Shown here piece by piece: positions 13,055 through 27,869 of a stretch of DNA of 64,000 nt. Numbering within the stretch: position 1 is the stretch's first letter; the number at the start of each line of letters is the position of its first letter. Position numbers and translations under genes: made by a program. The notes under the pieces are model-generated. The model was not told the DNA's origin. It ran no database searches and worked only from the letters and a program-made list of their open reading frames with translations. The stretch spans positions 126,976,001 to 127,040,000 of the forward strand of contig OZ024742.1 of assembly GCA_964016885.1 (NCBI GenBank). The letters are read 5' to 3'. The stretch is from Eledone cirrhosa (Eukaryota).

Positions 13055-14568
13055 CTGTCTGTGTGTACATCCATAGATGTGTCGAGATACAGAAATAGCT
13101 GGATGCATAAAATATATTTTCAAGTAATGTGTGTAGATGTATGTAAAGAGGGTCGTGGGGTTATGAATGTATGCTTAGCTATTTATTAATGTTGAGAGTT
13201 TATTTTCAAAACCATTAATTAATTATACGAGCTATTTTTATTTCAATTAAGACAGAGACGTTTCCCCCAAAGAGAAAAATTATCTGCCACTCCCCTAAAA
13301 GCTATAAAGAGTGTCACTAGTTAGTAACTCGACCTGTTAGACATAGCAACCAAATCTCCATCGAATCACACCCATTTGTTTTAAAATAATGTATGACATT
13401 GATGATACAGTCCATGAAGGTGGAGAGGTCACGGCTGAATGGATGGAGTATTTTTTCTCGTTGTTCTGCTTGGCTAGATTTGATATGTGAATAACCAGCA
13501 ATGATGATACATCACTGTATCACACAAGTAGGAACCTTGGAAGTCTATACAGTCACTCGACCTGCTATAAATAGCTGTCAAATATCTCTCAGATTAAGCC
13601 TTTTAAGGAAAAAAAATAAGACATTGGCTGATAATGGTTTCTAATTTAAACACAAGGGAAAAGTTGAATATATAGATCACAGTATTTGACTGGTACATTA
13701 TTTTATCCTCAGAAGGATGAAAGGTATAGTCGATGCTGGCAGGATCTGAACTCAGAGCGTTAAGAAATGAATAAATATTGCTAAGCATTTATTCAACGCT
13801 CTAATGGTTGACAATTTATCGCCCTAAAATTGGCTGATGATGAAGAGAAGGAATTACACTACGCCCGATGGGGGTGGTCATATTAAGAAAGTCTTTGATT
13901 ATAGGTCTGTTGAAACAAGACTGACTTGTTGCTAAAATACTAACACCACCAACACCCTACCACATTTCCAGTCTTGACCGACATTACTATTCTTCATTCG
14001 TTGTTTATATATATACCATTTCCACAAACACACATGCATGTATATATATATACATGTGTGAGGTTGTGTATGTGTAAATATAAGGATATAAATGTTTGCG
14101 TGCGTCCGAACAAATAACAGTTGAAACTTACATCTGTTACTATTATTGTAATTTCAAAAGTACATTCTCGTCAGATATTCGATTGTTCTGGAACCAACCA
14201 AAGCGAAAGTAGCGTAGGACTAACAATAACAACACAGAAAACACAGACAACAACAACAACATCAATAGTTACAACTGAATTGGTGATAATGATAAATCTC
14301 AGTTTGGCAATATGACATTAGCAAACAATATAAAAGTATAAAATATGGAGATATCTTGGTGGGTTTTATGTATGATAAATATATTGATGTTTTGCTCAGA
14401 AGCTGTCACTTAACTCTTTCCTCCATCATGTTAAAGCAAATTATACTTCACCCATCACTATTACTATCATCACTACTAACGTTACTACTACTATCACTAT
14501 TACCGCTTCTACCACTACACCGTAGACTATGTGGTATTTCCTTCCGCACTATCTTCTCCAATAATTCT

Positions 14569-14641
<73 letters not shown>

Positions 14642-14689
14642 CAGTTGATGAAAGTTGGTTCATTAAATAATCTTCAGACTTTTTCGTAA

Positions 14690-14744
14690 ACGGACCTAGC
14701 TGTCGAAACGGCCGGAGCTCAGCCGTCGGGGTCGTGACTCTTTT

Positions 14745-14746
<2 letters not shown>
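14690..14746 (+). mobile_element. Short (TA)n-associated repeat family Y, fragment
   Basis: 'cggacctagctgtcgaaacggccggagctcagccgtcggggtcgtgactcttttc' also occurs at 30228-30380 (-) and 32199-32358 (+). Confidence 0.75.
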
Positions 14747-14781
<35 letters not shown>

Positions 14782-14936
14782 GTGAATGACTAGAAATATT
14801 TAAAGATTTGTGTTTCTATGCGTCACATACACCACTTCTGTCTTTCGCGTGATTCCCTCCATCGATGCTTATGATGAAGCCAAACAGTGATATATTGAAA
14901 GTATATCACAGCGTCACACACACACACACACACACA

Positions 14937-15240
14937 GTGAAGGTGCATGGCTTAATGGTTAGAGCATTGGGCTTGCAATACAGAAGTTGTGAGTTCGATT
15001 CTCGGATCGGGTGATGTGTTGTATCCTTGAGCAAGACACTTTATTTCACGATGCTCCAGTTCACTCAGCTGTAGAAATGAGTTGCGACGTCGTTGGTGCC
15101 AAGCTATATGGGCCACTGCCTTTCCCTTGGACAACATTGGTGACGTGGAGAGGGGAGATAGCTGGTGGACAACATTGGTGACGTGGAGAGGGTAGATAGC
15201 TGGTCTTCAACAAACAAATCCTACCCAGGCTTTTGCTTCA
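14937..15240 (+). mobile_element. tRNA-derived SINE, family B (CORE-like)
   Basis: A-box TGGCTTAATGG, B-box GTTCGATTC, CORE-like 'ccttgagcaagacacttta..cactcagctgtagaaatgagt'; internal ~37-bp tandem duplication at 15128-15205. Related copies near 1560-1800, 18085-18330, 20710-20950, 24205-24430, 34336-34450 and 40106-40152. Confidence 0.85.
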
Positions 15241-15345
15241 CTCCAATGACATTCATCTAAGAAATATATCACGTACTTTCTCTACTAATATATTGAGAAA
15301 CGTATTAAACTGATCTCTTTCCGTTCTACTTCGGAAAACCATTAT

Positions 15346-15413
<68 letters not shown>

Positions 15414-15455
15414 TATAAATGTACTGAATCGTTTGCTTAGTTATTTCTGTTTACT

Positions 15456-15494
<39 letters not shown>

Positions 15495-15758
15495 GGGGGG
15501 GGGAGTAATAAAGTGGAGGTAAATAAATAAATATGGATTAGGATACTGAGAGGATTATCAGATAAAAGCGAGGAATACATTCGTTTCTAACTCAGTCCCC
15601 CGATTAATGCTAGATTAATTTAATCTAATCTAATCAACCTTGTACTGTAAAAGATTTGTACGGAAATACTAGAAATATTAGATATTTTATACTTTGTGAA
15701 TGATGCGGTGAAATATATACACATGTGTGTGTATGATACATACATACATACATTATAT

Positions 15759-15793
<35 letters not shown>

Positions 15794-15964
15794 TAGCACT
15801 TGGGTTAGAGTATTATGCGGGGTCATTGGCACTTATTGAGAGGAGAAAGGACCGGGGGGGGGGAAGAAAGAGGGAGAGAAAGAGTTGTAGAATGAGGAGC
15901 AGGAAAATAGGAGAAATACAGTTAACTGTCAGATTACACTTACTCATTGCTGATAAATATGATT

Positions 15965-16405
<441 letters not shown>

Positions 16406-19384
16406 TATGTGGAGAGAGTAAGAGAGATGATTTGTAAGATGTGGATTAATATCATTGATTCATTATATTTTATGTGGTAAAAATGCAACCTGGAGTAAAA
16501 AACATTCGCAAAGATTTCTTTTGAAAAGCTCCCATTTTTCCTCTACGTGTGTGTATTTAAGTTAGATAGATAAAATTAGTTACATAAAATTCTCTACAGC
16601 AAATCACCATATTGGACAGGAATGGCTTGGTAAGAAAGACTGATTATTTAGTGAACGACATATGATATATTGAAACTACATAAGAAAACAAACATTTGCA
16701 CCATGTTTGTTCTGTCTCTATCTCTTTCATCACTCGCTTGTTCTGTCTTTCTTTCTTTCTTTCAGTGCTGAAATCATGCTGAGTAACAGATGGTTTAGTA
16801 AAGCTAGTATCTTTATGATTACACTTGTTGAGTTGCAGCATAAGGAAACATTTTGGTAACACATACTCGCATACACATATACACGCACATACATATACTA
16901 TCTGTTTCGCTGTTAGAATTATTAGCGTTCCAACATACAGCTAGTAGATGCATGCTGCAAGCAACTGTAACCGGAAGCAGTAGTAACTTATTTTGGTACC
17001 GGAAGTAGACAATGTTCGTCTAATTGCAACTAGCATCTAATTATCATTTTCAAATGGTATGGCGTCGAAATAGCTTGTTGGATCTCATATTGCTGAGTTA
17101 AAGTCCTACCTATAATGTAGTGTAGCAATACTGATATCAAGGAATATTAGAGCGGGGTATTGGCAGAACCGCCAGAGCATCGGGGCAATGCTTTGTGGTA
17201 TTTGTCCTTTGTTTTACGTTCTGATTTGAAATATCGCTACGGAGTAGAGAAATAAATACAGTACCAGTCGGGTACTGGGGTCAATATAATCGAACGCCCA
17301 CCTCTCGCAACTACTGATTTTCTACCAAAATTAGAAACAAATATTAAGAAATACTATCTATTGAAAATACTTCTGTTTATTTTTCATAGTAAAATACTAT
17401 TAATTCTACAGCTTAGTCAGAAAAGGAATGGAATTCCCCATGACTCTTTTGGAAATGAAAAAATAACGCACCTTCAAACTGGCTCGACTTCTTGCAAACA
17501 AGTGGTCTCAGAACAGAAAGTGTCAAGGCAAATATTGCAAGAGATCCGTCACTAACGATTTCACCAGTTCCTCTCCGCAGATTTGTATTATATTTATTGA
17601 ACCAGGAAAGATGAAAGAGAAAGATAGGTTGTTCTCAGCTGGAATGTTTTTGATCCTAGGTCAACTTAATCAGGGTAAACCCGGGGGAGATATAATAATA
17701 CAGCTCCCACTGAGTGTCAGAATATGCAGCATGATCCTCATTTAGACTGAGCTATTGTTCTGTGGATTGTACCTGGTCGTTTGGGCCATCTTCTCCATTA
17801 AAGTTGACCTCGGGCTACACAACAAATAGTTATTTATCTCAAAGCCAGCTCTGGGCAGACTAAGATCAAGCCTTCTAAATTTTACTTCCTCGTTCTTATT
17901 ATCTTGCTGCATTTAAGAATACATCATCCTCCGTGTTCATTTTTAAAAATGATAGGACATGATTTGAAAGGGATTTGGCTCTTATGTTTAGCAGGTCAGG
18001 TAGAGTAGCTCCATGTAGGTTCAGCCGAGGATTCGATACGAATTTTTGCACCAAGAAAAAAAATCGTTAAAGTTTCTCCCAAGTCCTGAAGCACAGCGGG
18101 CTAGTGCTTGTATGGGTTTCATTAGCGTTAAATGAAAAAAGTACAAGACTCCTCTCTGGACGGGAAGCCATTCCATCGCAGTATTAAACCCCAGCTTCTG
18201 CTTGTACTCATTTTCTGCTGAGTAGACAGGAGCAGCGTGAGATAAAAAATTTTACTCAAGAACACAACGTACCCATAACATTATGATCACAAATCCAACA
18301 CCCTAATCACTAGGCCACGCGTCTTCACGTCAGCGAGTAAACGAATGTATGAATGCTTTCTAGCACTGTCACTAGACCAGAAATAGGAAGGCATGAGAAA
18401 GTCGATTATATCGATCGATTCCAGTACTTAACCATTACTTTATTTTATCGAACCCTGAAGAACAAAATACAAATTTGACCTTGGCAGGATTTGAACGTAG
18501 AACGTAGAAAGTCATAACTAAATACCGATGTTCTACCGATACAGTCATTCCCACCGCCCTAAGAATAGCAGTATAAATTAAAAGCCAGAAGTAGATAGGC
18601 TGTGAAAGCCCTCAAGACAGCAGTCGACTATTTATATAACAAACAATGTAGCTTAAAATAAACAAACTTTTCAAATAGTCATTATCGAATATCTCGTGTC
18701 TGTATCATATAGGATAATACTCAGATATAAAAAAATGCTTACCCACTTAGTAGTGAAAAGACCACACAAACATACAAACACGTGGCCTACACACCCACGT
18801 GGAAATGATCGATAATATGTTTAAGTAAAAGATTGGGAGCGAAGGCGTGTATTTGAGAGATAGAGAGAAATAAAATGCATGCGAGGTTGCAGTTTAGAGA
18901 TTTAAAATAAAAACTATTGATTTCCCTCCCAGAACTCAAAACACTTTGGTAATATAGTTGGTAAAAATTATATTTCAGTAGCTCACATCATAAACGTTAT
19001 ATTTAAAGTCTAAAGTGTGTCTCGAGTCCGGAGGCTCATCAGGCCGGTGTTTATCCCGGATTTCCATGGCTTTACGTGACTTATAGTACCTATTCTTTCG
19101 GTCATTACCCAAGTTTCATGACCATAACTAAGAGTTGCAACGAATGCTGTATTGAAAAGAGCGAATTTGGCTTATATACCTATCTCCATGAGAAAAAAAA
19201 AAGAGCAATATATTTTTCTTTTGTAACCTAAATATTTCATGTCAATTATACTTATTTAAGTGTTGCAATATAATACAAGGTTACCATAGTCCTCTTATCT
19301 ACTCTGTACATAACTTCAATAGCTGCTCTCTGCTGTGAAACAATTATAATAAATGCTATTGCAAATATAATCGTCAAAGATAAT

Positions 19385-19573
19385 TTTTCTACTTTTGGCA
19401 CAAGGCCAGCAATTACCCAGTGTATTACTGGTACTTTATTTTATCGACCCCGTAAGGATGAAAGGCAAAGTTAACCTCGGCGGGATTTGAACTCAGAATG
19501 GCAAGGGCCGTAACTCTATGCGTCAAAGCATGGCGTCCGACCCTCTACCGATACTGCCAATCCAATACTGCCA
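19385..19573 (-). mobile_element. SINE family A with 18-bp TSD
   Basis: TSD ATAATCGTCAAAGATAAT at 19367-19384 and 19574-19591; A and B boxes present. Confidence 0.93.
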
Positions 19574-19640
19574 ATAATCGTCAAAGATAATAAGAGTATA
19601 TCTTTTTGGTGGACACCCTGTATGTATGTATATATATATG

Positions 19641-19818
19641 CGAGGGGTGCTGAAAAGTTCCTGGTTTTGAGTAAAAGAAAATGCAGGAGGATCAGTTAAT
19701 TATGATTTTATTCAACATATCCTCCCTCCAAGATTCTCATACTCATTGCAGCGGTCCTTCTGTTTTTCTAAGCCCTGTAAAAAGGTCTCGGAAGGTTGGA
19801 CCTCTAACGAGGCCTCTG
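19641..19818 (+). mobile_element. Mariner-like DNA transposon left-end fragment
   Basis: Begins 'cgaggggtgctgaaaagtt' after a TA run, resembling mariner TIRs (TA-CGAGGG..AAAAGT); no right TIR seen. Confidence 0.55.
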
Positions 19819-20419
19819 GCAACACACATACTCACTGTGTGTGTGTGCAGTTTCCGCCTACCAAATTCCGTTCAGAAAGTATTGGTCAACCAGAGGCTAG
19901 AAGTATGTTACTGAGCAAACCTTTAAAACACACTCATGCTTGCGCCCTGATTGAGCAAACTTAATATCAAATTAATTGTTTCAGTTCCAAGAAAAAGAAA
20001 TTAACACTTTCTATTAAAGATTCAATGATGAAGCTAGTACCGCTATTTTTATTCACTGTCTATATTTAAGTTTCTAAATATTATTTACAGCAGTTAACAG
20101 ATCTTATTCCGTTCCACCTCTCTACGACTAAACTCTACAGACAATGGTCATTCAACACTTCTTACTGAAGGATCAACAGGAATTGGTACAATTATATTTA
20201 TTCATTTTCTATATTTAAATTTCTAAATAATAATATTTTCGGCAACAAAAAGATCTTATTCCTTTCTACTACTAGACTAATAAATTCTTTCTTTATTTAA
20301 TGTCGGCCTCGGACCTAGAGACTCATTATGACAGAGCTTATCTCAGTTTCGTGGTGTGTTAGCGATTAAAAGGATGAAGTGTTGGACCTCCGTTAACTTG
20401 ACGATGAGTGTTATAAGTG

Positions 20420-20680
20420 ATTTGATCAACGGAACAGCCTGCCCACGAAATTAATGCGTGACAGAACATTCTACAGACACGTGTACTAATGGAGAAAGGT
20501 TGGCTCTTTGAATTACAGGTAGAGTCCAACTGACGGGTTTCCAAATAGATTTCCCAAACCTAATTCCACTCACAAGGTCAACTTGAACCTATGGTAAATG
20601 ACAGCTGCCAAGATGATATAAAGTGGGGTGAACTCGGCCCTAATGGTTGCGAAATGAACTTATTAACTATTCAACCATGC
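20420..20680 (-). mobile_element. Degenerate SINE, family C
   Basis: Shares 'tttgaattac.ggt..agtcca..gacgggtttccaaa.ag' with 25175-25410; related to 55075-55350. Confidence 0.6.
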
Positions 20681-21296
20681 TGTCTAAATATGTCTGAAGT
20701 CTCTCTCAAGCTCAGAGGCTCATTAAGCTTCTGCTTATCCCGATTTCCCTGGTGTGAAGCGACTGAGTGTACAATCTTCCCCTTGGAGAGTCCATCGAAG
20801 GGTTAAACTCCCAACTATTGCTGGTACTCATTTTCAGCTGACTATAGTTGAGCAATGTGAAATGAAATATTTTGTTCAAGAACACACAACCCAGTCCAGA
20901 AATCGAACTCTCAACATTTTGATCGTAAGTCCAACATCCCTAACCACTGCGTCATTCTGCATATATGACATAATCGTTAGAGCGTCGAAGGAAAGGATAT
21001 ACTATATTTAGCTCCGGTCATTTACGTTCTGAGTTCAAATTCCACCGATGTCAAAGTTAACTTTTATGCCTTCAAGGCCGACTTTATGAACTGATATTAG
21101 TGTCATCTGGGTCTCTTCAAGGAAGACAATACGGGGGGGGGGGGGGTAGTGTAAATCTCCATGGACACTGTTTCCTTTGTGAAAGACGGAGACCTCCAAC
21201 CCCATTTTTATTACAGGCCTTGAAAATCATGATGTAACAATGTTATACAATTCCTATAATTAACATAATATAATTAATAGGCGACCAGTGTAGTCG

Positions 21297-21362
21297 GAAG
21301 AAGAAGAAGAAGAAGAAGAAGAAGAAGAAGAAGAAGAAGAAGAAGAAGAAGAAGAAGAAGAA
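21297..21362. repeat. (GAA)n microsatellite
   Basis: Direct; a similar run lies at 26533-26587. Confidence 0.97.
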
Positions 21363-21698
21363 AATCTGCATTCTTCTGATATTAAAAGCAAAATCTAACA
21401 ACTGTCTATAAAATAAATTTTATAGAAGGTGGCTTCAGAAAGTACAGCTACTACTGTATGCTAATTATAGATTCAAAGTTGTATCTAATTATTGGTGCTC
21501 TGGGTTAAGCTACTAAACGTTCAGATAGTAACCTTGAAAAGTTTACATTCCCGAACATAGAAATAAGACACTAATTCTATGTTGTGCTAATTCAATATGA
21601 TTTATAATACACACACACACATATACACACAGGCATTAGGCTAGCTGAGCATTCTCCGGGAAAACTTGTCTGGTACTTATTTTATCGAGTCTAAAGTA

Positions 21699-21920
21699 GG
21701 GCGGTGGATTGATGGCAGTATTGGTAAAGCGTTCGACAAAATGCTAACCAGTATCATTTTTACGAATTTCTACGTTGTGAGTTCAAACCCCTGTTGAGAT
21801 TAACTTTGCCTTTCATCTTCCAGGGGTTGATAAAATCAAGTGCCAGTCCGGTAGTGGGGTCAATATAATGGGCTTTCTGTTCGCCTAAGTTGCTGGCCTT
21901 GATCCAAGATTAGAAATGAT
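21699..21920 (+). mobile_element. SINE family A with TSD
   Basis: 'ggcggtggattg..gagttcaaaccc..ctttgcctttcatc' flanked by ttttatcgagtctaaa / ttttattgagtctaaa. Confidence 0.8.
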
Positions 21921-21936
21921 TTTATTGAGTCTAAAA

Positions 21937-22098
21937 CAATGTTTCTTAACCTCACATGCTAGTAATAACACTATCCCGATTCCATTACACACTCTCAATG
22001 GATAAGAAAAAAAAAATTAGTTTTCAGGATTGCTAGATCGATTTCATAAAAAGTAGCACAACATTTTCAAAAATCTAGTGGATTGTGTTAGAAACTAA
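21937..22098. mobile_element. Possible hAT/Charlie-like MITE, degenerate
   Basis: Ends 'caatgtttcttaacc' and 'gtgttagaaacta', flanked by gtctaaaa / atctaaaa (8-bp TSD-like). Confidence 0.35.
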
Positions 22099-22584
22099 TC
22101 TAAAAGGAAACTTGTGCTCACACAAGAGATTGAATGTGCTTAGTTGATAATTTAATATGGCATTGAATAAGATGCTTACTTTTAAAAAATTGTTTATAAC
22201 ATAAGCACAAAGCCAGTGATTTTGAGGGAGGGGAAAGTCGATTAAATCGACCCGAGTACTTTATACTATCGACCACGGAAGGAGAAGTGCAAAACTGTCC
22301 TCGGCGTGATATGAACTCAGAACATAAAGGGCAATAACTAAACTCAGCAAAGCATTTTCTTCAACGCTTTAACGATTCTACTAATCCACCGACTTCTTTA
22401 CCTCAAACAATTTAACATTAAAGTAGCAAATAATCAAAATAAAAAATGTAGCATGCAAGCTACAAAGGTCGAGTAAATCAGTGTTTCTACTCCAATGAGA
22501 CAATCTTAGTAGTGTTGTAAATAACAATATATTGCATAACTTCAACAAACATATATCAATTTAACATTAGTATCCTTAAATTCA

Positions 22585-22830
22585 TATGGCGTCAAATTCG
22601 TAGAGTCGTTGGAACGTCGGATACAATGCTTTGCGACATTCCTTCTCGTTCTTTGAACTTTGAGTTGAGTTCAAATCCTGCCTAGATCAACTTTATCTTT
22701 CGAGATTGGTAAGTAAAGTACCAGTAAATCACTGGGACTGATTCTCTCTCTCTGGAAGAAATTGATTATGTTCAGACTTGTTCAGTGGTGGGCTTTGCTA
22801 TGTTTCAATGTCCAAAACACGCCCCTATAA
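22585..22830 (+). mobile_element. SINE family A, long-tail subfamily, degenerate
   Basis: B-box 'gagttcaaatcc' followed by 'ctctggaagaaat', as in 51825-52143 and 52776-53090. Confidence 0.6.
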
Positions 22831-23784
22831 ATCCATCAGAAGTCCAGAGCCCTTGGCATAGAAAATCCTAAGGTTCCTAGATACAAAAAACCTTTCCCTT
22901 TGTTCAAACAATATTTTTCATCTTACGAAGCTCCAAAATTTACTAAATATTAAATATCCAAAGATATCTATGCCTAAAGCCAAGCTGGAACTCATCGGTC
23001 AATAATTATCCAGACGTACGTAAGTCTAGATGGGTAGTAGGTAATGTGACCAGAGGGATGTTTGCAATGCAAGCCTTGGATTATATCTCAGATGTGATAA
23101 AGAATGCGGGCGGTCCGAGGTTTACTTGGCGGAGATCCACAGATACGGAAAGGGAAAAACATGGAATCAATTAAAAAGAAAAGTAGATAACAGCATTGGT
23201 TTGAAGACTGCTGTGCTGAATCTATGTTCTGTCAGAAAGCCAAATGCGCCATGATGATGGAGTTTAAAATCAACGGAACATGCAGCTAGCAAAAGAACAG
23301 ATAATGACATTTTTATACAAATAATTTTTCAAACTAAAAATAGTTGGAATCTCTAAAATCGTCGAAGGTGGGATTTAAAATTAAGACATTTTATCTGACG
23401 CTCCAACTATTCTGTCATTCTCCCGTCGTTGTTAATTCATTATGAATACGACAAAATGAAAATACCCAAACAATTCTTTTCTCTTCAGCTGATCAGCACG
23501 TCAGTGTATTTATTATAAAAATATCCATCAGAAAGTATTGTTTTATTGAGAGAGGGAGTCGTACTCTCGCTTTGCTTGATAACAACTGTCATCGTTGTTG
23601 CTAACGATGCATGATGATGGATATGATGATTTCAACATATAGGATGAAAATAAATTAGAAAAATAAGTAAAACAACATGATTGATTAGTTAAAAGTTCAT
23701 TAAATTAGGTTAATGTCAGGAGAATGCCCAACGTGTAGTGATGGTGGTACTACTGCTACAACCGGCGCCACCATTGTTGCTAAT

Positions 23785-24000
23785 AATTGTTTCTACTTTA
23801 GGCACAAGGCCAGCAATTTGAAGAGAGGGGAAAGTCGATTAAATCGACCCCATTATTCACTGGTACTTTATTTTATCGACCCCGTAAGGATGAAAGTCAA
23901 AGCTAACCTCGGCAGGATTCGAATTCGGAACATAAAGAGACAGAACAAATCAGGTTAAGCATTTGTCCGATGCTCTAATGATTCTGCCAATCGACTGCCC
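23785..24000 (-). mobile_element. SINE family A
   Basis: Full head-core-tail match. Confidence 0.85.
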
Positions 24001-24995
24001 TATAATAAAAATAATAATAGGGTGAAATAAAATGAATTGCTCAAGAACAGAACGCAGCAGTCTGTTCAGGAATCGAACCGAAAACTTTACGATTGTATGT
24101 CAAGCATAATAACAATTATGCGATGCGGCTTTACCCGTAAAACTTAAGCCTGGACCACGGATAAACAACCTAGACCATATTGAGGAATGGATCTTCGTAG
24201 GTTTCAACGATTACTCTTCCAGTTGCTGGAACAGCCTACTTGTGAAATTAACACGTAAATGCCTGATAATTCCACAGACACGTGTATGATTAATACTATT
24301 CTCGAAGAGATACAGCGTGACAGTGTTTCACAAGGTTGGCACATTGAATTACAGGCATGACTCATGTTTGTCAACTGAGTGGAATGGAGCAATGTGAAAT
24401 AAAACATCTTGTTCAAAGACATAACGCGCTGAAAAGGGTCGTGGTCACTGCCCTTCCCCGTAAATAACAAGAAAAACAACTACAACAAACACAAAAATAT
24501 GGTAAGATAGAAGTTTCGTTGTGCAAATGAAAGAAAGCAGTGATCGACGAGAGTACACTTTCTGGATTATACAACACCTCATGGTGCCTATTCATGATTG
24601 AAAGGAGTGAGGCATCAAGAAAAACTGACGAGTCTTTACCATTCACAGAGAACAGATGATATTTTGATCATATAAGCAAACAGACACACAGAGAGACAGG
24701 CAGACAGACATACACGCAGAGAGACAAGCAGACAGATAGACAGACACGAAGGAAACAGACATACATACATACAGACAGACAGAGCCAGCTGTGACAATGG
24801 CAAACTGTTACGCATGTTTACTTTAAGTAACAATAGTGTTCAGTATTTTAGATATGATATGCGCTAACATACATACACACATAATCTAACACACACAAAC
24901 TCACATTCATGCACAAATGGAAATAACGTCACAAACAAATAGACATGCATACATTGAAACCTACATACACTCAAATATATATATATATAGAGAGA

Positions 24996-25035
<40 letters not shown>

Positions 25036-25174
25036 ATTTAAATGTAAGCAACGAAAAGAAAAGGGCCCTTAACTCAACACTTGTGGGAGTCATAGAGGCG
25101 CCGTTCCGACACACGGCCATATCTTGGTCGGATGAGTGTTCCCGTTGTTTCATCAACGAACCAGCCTAGGCATG

Positions 25175-25410
25175 AAATTAGTGTGTAAGTGGCTGAGCAT
25201 TCCATGGACACTTATACCCTTAATGTAATTCTCTAGGAGATTCAGTGGCACAGTGTGTGGGCTTGCCGTTTGAATTACGGGTTCAGTCCACCCGACGGGT
25301 TTCCAAAGAGTTTCTGTTTACTTGAGATTATGGTGGCCCAAGATACCACGCAGTGGGGTCGAACACGGGACCTAATCGTTGCAAAGCATATTCCTAAACC
25401 CCTCGGCCAT
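25175..25410 (-). mobile_element. Degenerate SINE, family C
   Basis: Minus strand reads 'cccgtgttcgaccccactgcgtggtatcttgggc' (B-box plus CORE-like block). Confidence 0.6.
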
Positions 25411-25772
25411 ACTGCATTTACATAATCGATAGGATGATCACAGCTGTAGCATATTTAATCAGGGTTGACCTAGGGCTAAACAACATTATCTGTTGTGAAT
25501 CTCTTCCTCACACTCCATTCACTTAATCCCCCTACCACTATCACTCACTCACCCTCTCTCTCTCTCTCTCCCTCTCTCTCTCTCTTCTTGTCATCCACCT
25601 CTTTCCCGTCCTTTTTTTACTCACTCTCTATTCGTAATTTTTTTTTCTCTACCTGTAACTCACTTTATCATTATTACTCTCTCCCTCCTCCCTCTTGTCG
25701 TGTCGACTTTTCTATCACTATTACCCTCTCTATATATCACTATATCACTGTTTATCAATCATTTCTCTCTCG

Positions 25773-25972
<200 letters not shown>

Positions 25973-26952
25973 GTTACTTTCTAAACAGAAAATCAACGGA
26001 CACATATTTAGCCAGGAATGTTTGAGTGAGTTCACACCAATTAACACCTCTGTGTCCTTTGTGTCAAACCAGCCACAGGTAGCCAACCAACCAGCCAGGC
26101 AGTCAGTCAACAGCCCTACCTGTCCACCCTGACAGCCAGTCAGCATGTTCTCCTGTCTACAGGTAGCTACAGGACTCGACTGCCCGTCCCACATTCATCC
26201 AGACATCTCGGCAACTATCTGAGCTGCTTGCCAGCCAGCCAACGACAAATCCAAGGCCGGCTAGAAATAGCAGTCATATCAAACTCAAACTACACAATAC
26301 CATCTTAATGGGACACATTGGATAATGTAGTCCGGGTTATACTACAAAACAGTTGGTTACATATTCAAATCTTCCAATAATCAATTACAGGTGCCAATAT
26401 AGATTTATATTCAGAGTGGAGTTCTCGCAAATTTCTCATTAGTTTAGGGTATATGTTTGCTTTTTAAAAATATTTAGCCTTTATGATACCAATCCATGAT
26501 AACATCCATGAACACGGCTGGTCTTGCTTGGAGAAGAAGAAGAAGAAGAAGAAGAAGAAGAAGAAGAAGAAGAAGAAGAAGAAGAAAGAATGTTCGGGAA
26601 ATTATGCTTCAGACACAGGATAAATTTTGTGAATGTTTGATATAGTAATAAATCCCTTCAAATTCTTGATTATATTTAATTATTCGAAGATCATAGGCAG
26701 TGTCTTTCGTTAGAATTATGTTAACAAAAGGGTAAACGTGCCTGCTGGGGAAATGATTTCTACAACGCAGGAGACTTTCTTTTCTCTGGTCCAGATCATG
26801 TCTGACGTTATTTATATATCGTACTGAGCTTTTGATAGGAATATTACATGTGTATTCCTTTATATATTACGGTGAGATTGCCGCCTACATCAGTGTAATC
26901 AACCATAATAATATGCCATGTGTATTTTGTATATTTATTATATATATATATT

Positions 26953-27024
<72 letters not shown>

Positions 27025-27429
27025 GTATATATATATATATAAATATATAAGACTTTAAAATGTACACACACAAGTATACACACACATACCCAGACCTGTT
27101 AAACCCTAAATACCCAAACGGAAAGTACCATGAAAAAGTGTCACAAAACGGGGAGAAATGAGCCAAAATATGGAGATTTTACATAATGAAAGCTATACAC
27201 ATTTTCACAAGAGAAGACATCCCAAAGGCTATTGCAAATCTCCCCGTCCGACGGGGAGAGTTGACAGGTCTCCTACCTCAGCCTAATTGCTAGAATAAGA
27301 AGGTCGCTTTAAAATCACTGAAGTCCTGAATTCTAATCCTAAATGTGTTCTGTATGTAATTGTATTCCAGATATAAATTACTACTATATAATTCTTATCT
27401 TTAACCACTTCCACGTTTCAATAATTAAT

Positions 27430-27568
27430 TGTTTCTATTTTTGGCACACGGCCAGCAATTACCCAGTACATTACTGGTACTTTATTTTATCGACCCCGTA
27501 AGGATGAAAGGCAAAGTTAACCTCAGCGGGATTTGAACTCAGATCGTAAAGGGACGTAACTAATAATT
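27430..27568 (-). mobile_element. 5'-truncated SINE family A with 18-bp TSD
   Basis: TSD CACGTTTCAATAATTAAT at 27412-27429 and 27569-27586. Confidence 0.92.
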
Positions 27569-27869
27569 CACGTTTCAATAATTAATATCATCTATAGGGC
27601 TTCTTTTTTGCTAACCAGATGTGAACAGATACCAATTGCCTACTTGATATACTGTAAAACCTGAAGAGCACTGGTGTACATGCAATGCTACAGCCAGTAA
27701 GCTAAACCATCTCACAGAAAAGAAACAATAGGTTTAAACCGTAGTTTGAAACCAACATGTCTCGTGGTGTAAAAAGGATTGAAGGAGAGGGAGGGTGAAT
27801 AGTGTATGTGTGAGAGAGAGAGAGATTGAGGGAGATTGAAAAAGAGACACAGGAAATGAGTGAGAGACA

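Noticed and set aside
11545-13600. Recurrent 'ctagaaatagcagccaaatctc' motif (also near 17960, 26260 and 49520)
   Set aside because: An old dispersed repeat, too degenerate to delimit or classify.
24622-24655. CTGACGAGTC motif
   Set aside because: No matching GAC-GAAA closure.
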